DNA of 60,893 nucleotides, filler included, from Sphacelaria rigidula (Eukaryota): NCBI GenBank assembly GCA_964200075.2. It is 8 parts of 8 records of this genome, joined end to end, with 100 filler letters (N's around TTAATTAATTAA, not from the genome) between each part and the next. Parts side by side here need not be neighbours in the genome. Positions count along the whole stretch, not along the records: positions 1 to 7,525 come from CAXNAA020014511.1; positions 7,626 to 15,149 come from CAXNAA020014512.1; 6 more parts are not named here. One strand, 5' to 3'. Shown piece by piece: positions 1 to 10,264 of this stretch (position 1 is its first letter; each line of letters starts with the position of its first letter). The notes under the pieces were generated by a model. It saw only the letters and a program-made list of their open reading frames with translations, ran no database searches and was not told where the DNA came from. The position numbers and the translations under genes were made by a program.

Positions 1-246
1 GTTCATGCCGGGGATAAACGGGTTCCTGGCGGATGTCACAGCACCCAAGTAGGCTTCTTTTAACCATTCGAGTGAAATATTACGAGACAGATCTACAAGG
101 AAGGATGGCTCCGGTCGAGCGCCAAGCTCCAAGAGGCTGGATAATATATGCATGGCGTCATATTTCCTCTTCATGTGCTGGTCTTGCATTACTCGCTTCC
201 CCGCTTCCGCCCAAGCCGTCAAGCCAGCGTCTAACGCCTCGACGAT
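1..246 (-). CDS. Non-repeat exon following the repeat array (runs off the window)
   Basis: CCAG acceptor, then 82 open codons: IVEALDAGLTAWAEAGKRVMQDQHMKRKYDAMHILSSLLELGARPEPSFLVDLSRNISLEWLKEAYLGAVTSARNPFIPGMN. Phase 0 matches the upstream exons. Confidence 0.7.
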   Translation of the reverse strand, partial: MVEALDAGLTAWAEAGKRVMQDQHMKRKYDAMHILSSLLELGARPEPSFLVDLSRNISLEWLKEAYLGAVTSARNPFIPGMN

Positions 247-3200
247 CTGGCTTTGAGCGATATGAAACAAAAACAAAACGTAAGCTAGTGTCTCGCGACA
301 ACCGTCAATGAAATGATGTCATGTGCGACAACAAAGTTGCGCTACATGAACTCGTGAAGGTTAACTTTGGAAGTAGGATTGTTTTGCTTGAAAACTCACG
401 TTCGAAGTGGAAGATGCAAGTTAGGCTTTCATCTTTCAATAAACCATGCGAATTCCAAGTCGAATTTTGAAGTGAAGTCTCGGCTTCTATATCGAACTTT
501 AACTCACAGCTTCGGCTTTCACTTTCAACTTGAACGCGGCCGTTCAGATCGAAGTTTCAAGCTAAATCTTGGAACAATGGTGAAGCTTGAAGGTAATCCT
601 TTCATTCAAATTGAGGCTTGAACCTGAAGTACCCATACTCAACACGGAACGTTCAAGGTCGCGAGATTCGACTTGAACCTCACATTTGAACTCGATGAAG
701 ATTTAAGACGAACTCATCTTGAAGATCTCGACTTGAAAATACTATTCTTCTCTTCAAATAAACGATCACCTCTCAATTTGGGCGTTCGAGATAAATTTGT
801 AACAGCGGCTACCCAACGCCATTGTCCGAATGCTCATTCACCCCAACAGAAGCTATTTTAACGCACATGAGCCGCTGCAGGTAGGTACACTTCATTTCGA
901 CCTCATTTTCAAAGGGTACAGCGTTTGTAAGATGTTCGGAAAAACAACGGATGCACGTCTCAGCAGCGGCGTATTTCAAACGCTTCGTGGTCGGATGTAT
1001 ACTAAAATGCGATACGCATCGCACCTGTCCATCCGCGAGGTGCTTTTGCATACACTCTTCCGTGAACTTCAGACCGATGTTCCAGAGGTCAACATCCATG
1101 GACCGAACCGACACCTCCATCAGAGACGACTCCCAGCCGCCCCCGCCCAGTATCAGCTGCTGTATCTGCAAGCTCATACATAACAAAAGACAGTACGAAT
1201 GCAGGGAAATCTCGTGATCAGTCACGCCTCGCACGAAGCGCGAGTATCATAAAAACAAAGAGCGTATCATAAGGAAAAACAAATGCTGACGCGACGACCG
1301 TCCAAAACGATGTGCCAATGACGATCGCCCAGTTCAAGGGATGAAACTATTCCTCGTGCCTGCTCGTTGGTGAGCCTTCCCTGACACATGTTTACAACGG
1401 CTTCGAATGCATCCTTCCTCCTCAATTGCCCCAAAGTCAACACGGTGCAACCTAGTGTTCTCGACATCAGCATATTGCTGACCTGGGGGGTACGAAAACG
1501 TATAAAACAAACAAGAAACGTCGAGCACAAACACAGGCGAAGGTATCCCCATGAATCTGTCACTAACGCGCATGAACATGTGTCACAAGTAGAGCGCCCA
1601 CAGTACAAATTCTAACATTATGTGCCCACTCTCGTTAGTCAATACTCGCATACAGTACTTGGAACTACGGAACTCAAAGAAAAAAATAGGTCACACGTCA
1701 GCCCGATCCGGTGCCTCCTTTGATGGAGTCCAGACGGTTGGCCACAAGAACCGCTCACTAGGACCGCGAGCGCGTATAGCAGAATAAATAAAAAAGAGGA
1801 GGAAGAACCCGCCGTGAACCGGTGAGACAGTTCTACCAATTATACCATCGGAGGGTGAGACAACAGCCGAGTACTCTTAGCTTACTTTTTGTCAAGGCAT
1901 TTCCACATGCGCACAGGCACAACACCTCATCTAGTTCGCGGTACTACACCAATAACATTCCTATCCCATGGACCTAGCTGGGTACGCCATCGAGCTTCTC
2001 CGTAACATGTAAGGTGGGGAACGAGACTGGTGAAACTCCAAACCTTCACCTTTGCAGGTGTGAGCTTGTCCACGAGAGCAGCCACCACCGCCTCGAAGGT
2101 TTCTACGCTACAGCTATTCGCCGCCATCGACAACACTGTGGCCTTGAATGTGTTCTCCCACATCATAGTCTGTTCCAACTGCGAGGAAGACAGCGCAGAG
2201 TAAGCAGGGAAACATCACACCCGAGGAAACTTCGTCACGGTTCGACATGTTCGCACATTTCAAGTAAACAAGTGCACAGAGAGAGGACGAAAAACCACAC
2301 CCTCACACTGGCCAGGCCAGACTCTTCGACCTCCACCGCCGAATCATCACGAGTTTGCTTGGAATACTGCCGTCATCACAAGCACAACACTCGGGACTGT
2401 GCCATCCGAAGGGCACAACATGTACAGTAGTGGTCTGCAGGGGCTTATTGCGGGCGGCGCGCGCACTTGGGGAATCGATTCCTCCAGCGAAACGTCCTCG
2501 AGCACTCTAACAAAATGAACAAAAGACGAAAAACAAAAATCCGCCATGTCACCGGTAAGACAGTACTTTCAGGTCAACAAGCGCCTACACTACTGTGGTG
2601 CAAAACGGCAGCCGAGTGGCATCAGCTCACGTTTCCTGGAGACATTTCTCTATATGCGCACAGGCGCGTCTTCGTTATGCTACATGAGCATACAAGAGCC
2701 CAACGAGTTTGGTTTATCATCTCAGGGTAGAATAAACAAGTGAAGACAGAGCTCGAAAAGTCGTCAACCATCACCACCGCAGGTGTGAGCTTGTCCTCGA
2801 GAGCAGCTACTCTGTAGGGTATACAGGAAAAGACGAGGCACGTCAAGTCCTCAATCATCACCTCTGCAGGTGTGAGCTTGTCCTCGAGAGCAGCCACCGC
2901 CGCCTCGAAAGTCTCTTTGCTACCACCTCGGGCCGCCGCCAACAACACTGAATTATAACCGCCTGTCCACATCATCGCCTCTTTCATCTGCAAGGAAGCC
3001 ACGGCAGAGCAAGGGGGACACCATCGCGCACGAGGACTCTCATCGCGGTCGGACATGGCCACAGATTTCAAGACACGAGCGCACTGAGATTGGACGAACA
3101 ACAAAACCTCATATCGGCCAGGCGAGCAGCTTCGACATCTATCGACGAGTCATAACGGTTCGACTTGACATACTGCCGCCATCACAAGCGAAGCACTCCT

Positions 3201-6200
3201 GACTGCACGCCGAACGCCACAGCTTGCACCGCAGTGCTGTACGGGGGGGTTCTTCGCGGGCGGCGCCCGCTCTCGGGGGATGGACTGCTTGGGCGATGCG
3301 TCCTCGAGCCCGCCTACACTATGAAAAACATGGGATAACGGAAACGCACCGTGACACCGGTGACACAGCACTTGCAGGTCAAGCTAGCGACTACACTACC
3401 GTGGTGCAAGACAGCAGCCGAGTGGCATCAGCTCATGTTTCCTAGAGGCATTCCTCCATGCGCACAGGCGCGTCTTCGTCTCGATCCATGGGCATACAAC
3501 AGCCCAACGAGTTCGCGATACCATCTCAATCATTCGCCTATCCCATGCATCTGACGGGGTGCGCCATCGAGCTACTCTGTAGGGTATACAGGAAAAGACG
3601 AGGCACGTCAAGTCCTCAATCATCACCTCTGCAGGTGTGAGCTTGTCCTCGAGAGCAGCCACCGCCGCCTCGAAAGTCTCTTTGCTACCACCTCGGGCCG
3701 CCGCCGACAACACTGTATCGACACCGCATTTCCGCATCATCGCCTCTTTCATCTGCAAGGAAGCCACGGCAGACCAAGGGGGACACCATCGCGCACGAGG
3801 ACTCTCATCGCGGTCGGACATGGCCACAGATTTCAAGACACGAGCGCACTGAGATTGGACGAACAACAAAACCTCATATCGGCCAGGCGAGCAGCTTCGA
3901 CATCTATCGACGAGTCATAACGGTTCGACTTGACATACTGCCGCCATCACAAGCGAAGCACTCCTGACTGCATGCCGAACGCCACAGCTTGCACCGCAGT
4001 GCTGTACGGGGGGGTTCTTCGCGGGCGGCGCCCGCTCCCGGGGGATGGACTGCTTGAGCGATGCGTCCTCGAGCCCGCCTACACTATGAAAAACATGGGA
4101 TAACGGAAACGCACCGTGACACCGGTGACACAGCACTTGCAGGTCAAGCTAGCGACTACACTACCGTGGTGCAAGACAGCAGCCGAGTGGCATCAGCTCA
4201 TGTTTCCCAGAGGCATTCCTCCATGCGCACAGGCGCGTCTTCGTCTCGATCCATGGGCATACAACAGCCCAACGAGTTCGCGGTACCATCTCAATCATTT
4301 GCCTATCCCATGCATCTCACGGGGTGCGCCATCGAGCTACTCTGTAGGGTATACAGGAAAAGACGAGGCACGTCAAGTCCTCAATCGTCACCTCTGCAGG
4401 TGTGAGCTTGTCCTCGAGAGCAGCCACCGCCGCCTCGAAGGTCTCTTTGCTACCACCTCGGGCCGCCGCCGACAACACTGTATCATCACCGTCTGTCCAC
4501 ATCATCGCCTCTTTCATCTGCAAGGAAGCCACGGCAGAGCACGGGGGACACCATCGCGCACGAGGACTCTCATCGCGGTCGGACATGGCCACAGATTTCA
4601 AGACACGAGCGCGCGGAGGTTGGACGAACAACAAAACTCTCCCATACCGGCCAGGCGAGAATCGACTGTTCACATCGACGAGTCATAACGGTTCGACTTG
4701 AACTACTGCCGTCATCACAAGCGAACTACTCGTGACGGTGCATGCTGAACGCCACAGCTTGCACCACAGTTGTCTGCGGGGGGAGTTTCGCGGGCGGTTC
4801 CCATGCTTGGGGAATACGTACTCGAACGATACGTCCTCGAACCCGCCTACAATATGAAAAACATAGGGAAACGGAAGTCCACCGTGACACCGATGACACA
4901 GCACTTGCAGGTCAACTAGCGACTACACTACTGTGGTGCAAGACAGCGGCCGAGTGGCATCAGCTCACGTTGCTTAGGGGCACTCCTCCATGTGCACAGG
5001 CGCGTCTTCGTTCTGGTCCATGAGCATACAACAGTCGAACAATTTTGCGGTATCCTCTCCATCACATTCCTATTTCACTGACCTCACGGGGTGCGCCATC
5101 GAGCTACTCTGTAGAATATACGGGAAAGACGAGGCTCGTAAAGCCCTCAAACAATCACCTCTGCAGGTGTGAGCTTGTCCTCGAAAGCAGCCATCACCGC
5201 CTCGAAGGTGTCTTTGCTACCGCTCTTCGCCGCCATCGACAACAGTGTGTCGTGCTCGAAGCCCTTCCACATGATCGCATCTTTCACCTGCGAGGGAGCC
5301 AGCGCATACATAGCAGGGCCTGAAACATCTCGTGTGAGGAACTTTTGTCACGATCCGACATTGTCACATATTTTAAGCAGAGCAATGAATGTACACACGA
5401 CGAAACCCCTCCCGAGTCGGGCAAGAGTCTAGGACATGAATCGACAAATTATGCTTTTTTTCACTTGAAATACTGCCCCATTAGAAGCAAAACCGTGCGT
5501 GATTACGCACTCTAAGGGGCACAACGTTTGCCGTAAAGTTCTGCGGGGGGATTAGTGCGGGTGGTGCGCGAACTTGGGGTGTCGATTCCTCAATGTGTTG
5601 TGTACGTTCTCGAAAATAACGGTACCGGTGTGCACTGCATCCATTAGCAGCGCCATACCATCGACGCTCTTTGTCAGCATCAAGTTCACTTGGAAACAAC
5701 CATTCGAAACAGGGGAGGTTTGTGTCCCATTGGGTGCCCCAACGAAGGCGAGTCAGCGCTGATTATGGCGGCAAGTCGTTTTCATTCACGCGTCTGGTCT
5801 ACGACGATGTGCACTGTACGCGGTCCACTGCACTATTACGCAATTTGAATTTGTTTCACACCAAACCTGTCGTACGTAAATGTCGCGTGGTGTACAATAC
5901 TCAATACAGCGTGAACGTGACATACACGGCATACAATATTTAGTTTTTGGACTGACCGTGCATCCTTCGCGCTGGCCAGGCAATACGATGCGTCGCGACC
6001 TTCCTCGTCCTCAGACATGATCATACCCCTGACTTGGACAATCGCGTAATGCTAAAACAGTAAATACATATAAAGCGTATGGCTTTGCCACATGCAGTCC
6101 CGTACTGTTGGCAGCCCGACAACAAACAAACCTCCAGATAGAGGAAACCTCCAAATGGTCGGTTGTGAATCGGTTACGACGAGTGCAAATGGCTACCGGA

Positions 6201-7049
6201 CAGAAGCCCTGCTTGAACTCCAATCCATACCTCTAGTTGAAGCATAGCTATGGATATCCCCAAGGTTAGCGGACAACACGCATTAGGGTGAATGTTGAGA
6301 GTTCATATCCATCCTAATACCTTGACGGGTGGTTGTGATTTGTACGGTGCGCGCGGACGCTTCGAAACATCTCTGATTAATGGATTGGTCGACTGCCTTA
6401 CATCAACCGATTCCCCATGGATCCAGCCGTGGTCGTATGATCGACGTCCCCGAGACGAAACAACACTGAACCACTCGATGAAGAGAAGTGAAAAACACAC
6501 AATCTCCGTGCCCGGGCAACAGATGTTCTCATACGGGGCACCATCGAGATCGCTTGCAACGGCATAGGCTTGCACCTGTTCGGTGGGGAGGTAGTCGGGT
6601 AGCATCCTGAGGATAGCTGTGAAGATATCAGCGCTACGTCCTTGCACTGAATGCATCAGCAGTGTCGTGTCCTGCCTATCCACCACCACCATCATCCTCT
6701 TCACCTACCGGAAAACGCAAAAAAGACAAACGCACACTCTTGGGCTGTCAACATGTCCAGAGCAGAAGCATATTGCTTCGGGCAGCACGACGCCGAGCGT
6801 GTATGCCACCGCAATGTAGCAACTCGGATGAGCAATGCTGCTGTATTTTACAAAGCTCGAACGCCACACAGTTGGATACGCGCAACACGGGTGACGCAGA
6901 GATCATTCCATGAACAATACCTCTTGTCGAGTAAGCTCTATCTTGAGAAGATCGAACACCGCCTCGAAGACAGCCTGGCTCCCACTTCTCGCAGCCGCCA
7001 TGAGTATCGTGCGATCACGACCGTCTTTTCCCAGAAGGGCCTTCTTCAC
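1..7049 (-). CDS. Multi-exon ankyrin-like repeat protein, one repeat per exon, partial at both ends; possibly the N-terminal repeat region of an ANK-TRP-like membrane protein
   Basis: Phase-0 exons in transcript order: 7049-6921 (VKKALLGKDGRDRTILMAAARSGSQAVFEAVFDLLKIELTRQE), 6704-6576 (VKRMMVVVDRQDTTLLMHSVQGRSADIFTAILRMLPDYLPTEQ), 5287-5159, 4517-4392, 3752-3627, 2987-2862, 2178-2050, 1482-1360 (GC donor), 1165-1025, then 246-1 (open to the window edge). All have YAG acceptors and GT/GC donors. The ankyrin-like signature is T-x-L-x-x-A-A-x-x-G...F-E-A-V. Confidence 0.8.
335..800. repeat. TTGAA/TTCAA/TTCGA-rich degenerate intronic repeat
   Basis: Dense recurrence of aacttgaa, ttcaag, ttcgaa and aagtt motifs on both strands. 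Confidence 0.45.
1025..1165 (-). CDS. Degenerate terminal repeat exon (47 aa)
   Basis: CAG|ATA...CAG|GTGCG, 141 nt: IQQLILGGGGWESSLMEVSVRSMDVDLWNIGLKFTEECMQKHLADGQ. Confidence 0.6.
1360..1482 (-). CDS. Divergent ankyrin-like repeat exon (41 aa, putative GC donor)
   Basis: CCCCCCAG|GTC...CAG|GCACG, 123 nt: VSNMLMSRTLGCTVLTLGQLRRKDAFEAVVNMCQGRLTNEQ. Confidence 0.65.
1640..1860 (-). mobile_element. Possible tRNA-derived SINE inserted in an intron
   Basis: The minus strand begins CCCTCCGATGGTATAATTGGTAGAACTG (A-box-like), followed by GGTTCACGGCGGGTTC. The B-box is weak. Confidence 0.3.
2050..2178 (-). CDS. Array repeat exon (43 aa)
   Basis: CAG|TTG...AAG|GTGAAG, 129 nt: LEQTMMWENTFKATVLSMAANSCSVETFEAVVAALVDKLTPAK. 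Confidence 0.85.
2862..2987 (-). CDS. Array repeat exon (42 aa)
   Basis: CAG|ATG...GAG|GTGATG, 126 nt: MKEAMMWTGGYNSVLLAAARGGSKETFEAAVAALEDKLTPAE. Confidence 0.88.
3627..3752 (-). CDS. Array repeat exon (42 aa)
   Basis: 126 nt, exactly 765 bp from its neighbours: MKEAMMRKCGVDTVLSAAARGGSKETFEAAVAALEDKLTPAE. Confidence 0.88.
4392..4517 (-). CDS. Array repeat exon (42 aa)
   Basis: 126 nt: MKEAMMWTDGDDTVLSAAARGGSKETFEAAVAALEDKLTPAE. Confidence 0.88.
5159..5287 (-). CDS. Array repeat exon (43 aa; not in the ORF track)
   Basis: CAG|GTG...GAG|GTGATT, 129 nt: VKDAIMWKGFEHDTLLSMAAKSGSKDTFEAVMAAFEDKLTPAE. Confidence 0.85.
5574..5689 (-). pseudogene. Dead ankyrin-like repeat exon (pseudo-exon)
   Basis: Reads VNLMLTKSVDGMALLMDAVHTGTVIFENVHNTLRNRHP. 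The acceptor position is CAA instead of CAG, and the 116 nt to the GT is not a multiple of 3. Confidence 0.6.
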
Positions 7050-7525
7050 CTGGATGACATTGCACAGCAGAACGGGGGTTCGCGTTTGATGCGACGTTGG
7101 CAGCATGTGACGGTACACCAACATTGGCCTCATCGCGCTGTCACCTCAGTTGAGTATGGATATGACACGATCAACTATACCGCACACTGGCTGTAGGAAC
7201 AGATACTCTCCGCCTCCGCTGTGCCAAGTACAATTCAGCTTCAATTGCCTGGAGCCGGCGATATTGGTCATGGCGACAGCACAGCCACACTCCCCCCCAA
7301 CCACCACCACCACCCCTTTTCTCCCGCTCACCCCGAAGAGATGGTGAGACACCCACGAGGCAGTGTATAAGCCGTGAATGTCTCAGGAAGTGGCGACACC
7401 AGGCATGAAAGTAACTCGCTGGAGGCTGACATCCAAATGCAAGATAATCAGTAGGCTTCGGGCCGAACAATCTTAGCAGAATGCAACTCACCCTTCATGC
7501 GACTCGCCGAACACTCCACGACGCT

Positions 7526-7625
7526 NNNNNNNNNNNNNNNNNNNNNNNNNNNNNNNNNNNNNNNNNNNNTTAATTAATTAANNNNNNNNNNNNNNNNNNN
7601 NNNNNNNNNNNNNNNNNNNNNNNNN
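7526..7625. other. Artificial contig spacer (N44-TTAATTAATTAA-N44); also at 15150-15249, 22774-22873, 30398-30497, 38022-38121, 45646-45745 and 53270-53369
   Basis: An identical 100-bp spacer recurs every 7624 bp. The 12-mer gives stops in all six frames. Confidence 0.98.
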
Positions 7626-7711
7626 CTAACAATAGTGTTTTGGTAAGATTGACCGCTTTTCACTCTCAGTCGTATCATGTACTCTCAATCTTACCAAAAC
7701 ACTATTGTTAG
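7626..7711. repeat. Perfect 27-bp inverted repeat (mini-MITE or hairpin)
   Basis: CTAACAATAGTGTTTTGGTAAGATTGA (7626-7652) pairs with TCAATCTTACCAAAACACTATTGTTAG (7685-7711), 32-nt loop. Confidence 0.85.
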
Positions 7712-9313
7712 TGTAATTACCACGTTCTAGTATAGACTGGCGACCCAAAAAAACTCCTGGGAAACCCCGGGAACGCTATACTGATGGTAATACGATAAAC
7801 ATGCTCCGAGCACCCTGGCTTTAGAAACCCGGGAAGGGTTATCGGGGGCCAGGGATATGACCCCCACACTATCTTTGCAGTGACATCACACTCGGCAACA
7901 GTCCCCGCGCTGGTCGTTCGGGTCTGGTCGATATATTTCGCCTCGCCGTGATTGGGCAGGTCGCTCCCTGATGTGTTCTTCATTATTTCATCAAGACATG
8001 GTCAACCTCGTGTTAGTGAGGGATCGGTCCCATGCGAAAGGCTCAATAGGGCGAGCACTCGAGTAATTGCTTGTGGTGGAAACAAATTATTCGGAAGATT
8101 GCTCGTTGTGAAAAAACGTGATGACTCGAACACGCGAGTCGTGCTCGTTATGTTTTCGAAAAACATACACGAGTGCACTCATCTCGACGAGTAATGACTC
8201 GCCCGACGTGTGAAGTATTCACAAGTGTTTTAAACCACGTCGAGGAGGGGGCTATTTAGAGATACCAAGGAATCCCGGACTTGAGTAGCATGAGTGAATG
8301 GTGTATAGCTGAATAGGTATGCATCTCGTCTGATCCCCCTCCCGCATCTTCGGGACTGCCTTAGGTCTTCATGTCCCTGGCATGGCGCACGAACCATGTG
8401 CTTCCATGTCTCTCGACCCAAGGTCACGCCTCCCAGCCTACGAAAACATTCGGAATGACAGCGACCGGAGTGAAGTATTTCGGTTCTTCATGAAAACACA
8501 AATATCTTCACATACCGACCCACCGACTACAACCGTACAGTAGTCGCGAAGACAAACGAACACAAATGCAGAGTCCTGCGCGTCTTACAAGCACTGATTA
8601 TCTGCCGAAGGCAAGCGCCAACTTCACTCACACGAGACCCCTCACAACACCGAGCCAGCATTCGTCGCTTCAGCCCGCCCGCTAGCCTTCGGCTTTCAAG
8701 AGAAGAGTGCCAAGAATGCCCAATACTGCCACGCACCCCTAGACGGCGGTTGTCGCGATGAGGGGTCCTGGGCAAGGGGTGACGGGGAGTTTTGGTTCAT
8801 CACGCTCGGTCATCATGCGCTGACTATTCACGCCCCTCCGTGCGCTTCCCCTGTTCAGGCCCGGCCTCACATCCTCGTATCTCGAAGACATCTGTCCGCG
8901 AGTTCATCGCCCCAGCTATTTTACTCGTGTATCCTGCTGCCCGCCATTTGCCGTAGTGCCAACATACCAGGAAAGCGTCGCACCCTTCGCCCTATTTACC
9001 AGCGGGGCTCATCTAAATATACAGAAAAACGATGACCGCGGAACCGTTGCTTTGTTGTGGCTTCGATCCGATAGATGCAAACGTTAAGAAGCAGAGTAAA
9101 ATTATCAAAGGGAACAGGTGTGGATCTGGGTTTCGTTAAATGGATTCGCCTGCTTGGGCATACACAACCAAACATAGCATAAATTTGGCACTCTCCATGA
9201 CAGTGGCGTCACTGTTGCCATGCTTGACTTGGTTTTCGTGCCGCCACCAGCCATCTTATCACGGCTCTCTACTTACAGGCTATAATGTACAGTGCTGACT
9301 GTGAACCGATCAC

Positions 9314-10264
9314 TTAAGCAAGGCGCTCGTTGCTTATAATCGGCATCGGCAACTCATTGCCATGAGACGTCCCCAAGCCGGTGCCGAATACGACGCGGCG
9401 TATATGCCCGTCATGTCGACCGGCACTATTGACGTTCCCCGGATTGACCACAACTCCATTGACCGATGATCCATTCACCGTAGCCGACGTCGCACCTCCT
9501 TCAATGTCCTGCGCGCTATTGCTCACCGTCGTCACCGCTGCCGTAGCGTGGGATGCTCCGTTGCCGTTAGTGGTGATGACAGCGGCGGCGTCGAGGGATT
9601 TCTCAGACACGATACACTGAGGGTACCGTGTATCGCCCGGGTTGTTGATGATCAAGTTGAGTGCGGTCATAATGAGCACGTCATTTTCCATCATATACCC
9701 GGTGTCGATTTCATACGCCATATACGTCAGCGCAAAAATGGGAATGTTGATCGCTTGAACTGCGCAAACCAGCAACACCAGCGCACACCCGAAGACACTC
9801 AAGAACATTTCCGCAAGCCATAGGTGGGGTTCCACGATATCTCGCAGTGTCTTGATAGCGCTCCTTGTCCTCCAGGAGTAAAATACGCGGGAGTGTACAT
9901 GTCTGTGCGACACGCCCTGGAACATGACCAGACGATTCTCCAAAAACACCGAACTGCGCTTGGCAATCTGATACACGACGAATGAGCACACAACCACCCC
10001 CAAGTTCTCGGCGCCGTCGAGCTTAACCTCCAATCCCTCAAAATTTGGCGAGACGAGGAGGGCTACGGGGTTAGTAAAAACACTCGTGTAGTCCTCCAGG
10101 TCTGGAATCTTGGCGGTGAGGAAGACGATGAAATAAAGTGCAGTTAAAGCGAACAGCACGTTCATGAAAACATCTATCGCCATGGGACCCGGTGCCATAA
10201 CCCATTGGGTCTTGATGGTGCCACGATGGAACGGTAGCGCAGAAACAAGAAACAGAAACACCGC
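9314..10264 (-). CDS. Terminal exon of an uncharacterised multi-pass membrane protein
   Basis: CTGCAG acceptor at 10265-10270, then an open frame of ~316 codons with several hydrophobic stretches (e.g. LWLAEMFLSVFGCALVLLVCAVQAINIPIFAL) and a T/N/S/G-rich tail. Confidence 0.65.
   Translation of the reverse strand, partial: AVFLFLVSALPFHRGTIKTQWVMAPGPMAIDVFMNVLFALTALYFIVFLTAKIPDLEDYTSVFTNPVALLVSPNFEGLEVKLDGAENLGVVVCSFVVYQIAKRSSVFLENRLVMFQGVSHRHVHSRVFYSWRTRSAIKTLRDIVEPHLWLAEMFLSVFGCALVLLVCAVQAINIPIFALTYMAYEIDTGYMMENDVLIMTALNLIINNPGDTRYPQCIVSEKSLDAAAVITTNGNGASHATAAVTTVSNSAQDIEGGATSATVNGSSVNGVVVNPGNVNSAGRHDGHIRRVVFGTGLGTSHGNELPMPIISNERLA

Larger units (their letters stand above)
1870..5610. repeat. 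Tandem array of ~765-bp exon+intron units (about 5 units plus a fragment)
   Basis: 2862-3626 and 3627-4391 are near-identical. The flanking units (2050-2774, 4392-5158, 5159-5610) are recognisably homologous but progressively diverged. Confidence 0.95.

Noticed and set aside
2862-5287. Conserved repeats with short variable inserts, read as a CRISPR array or a diversity-generating retroelement
   Set aside because: The units are 765-bp spliceosomal exon+intron cassettes. No cas gene or DGR reverse transcriptase is present, and the changes are not restricted to adenines.
7171-7491. Additional upstream exon of the ankyrin-like gene
   Set aside because: There is no similarity to the module and several splice choices are equally weak, so I cannot support one.
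7570-7581. TTAATTAATTAA as a biological motif
   Set aside because: It always sits centred in N runs at a fixed period, so it is an assembly linker.
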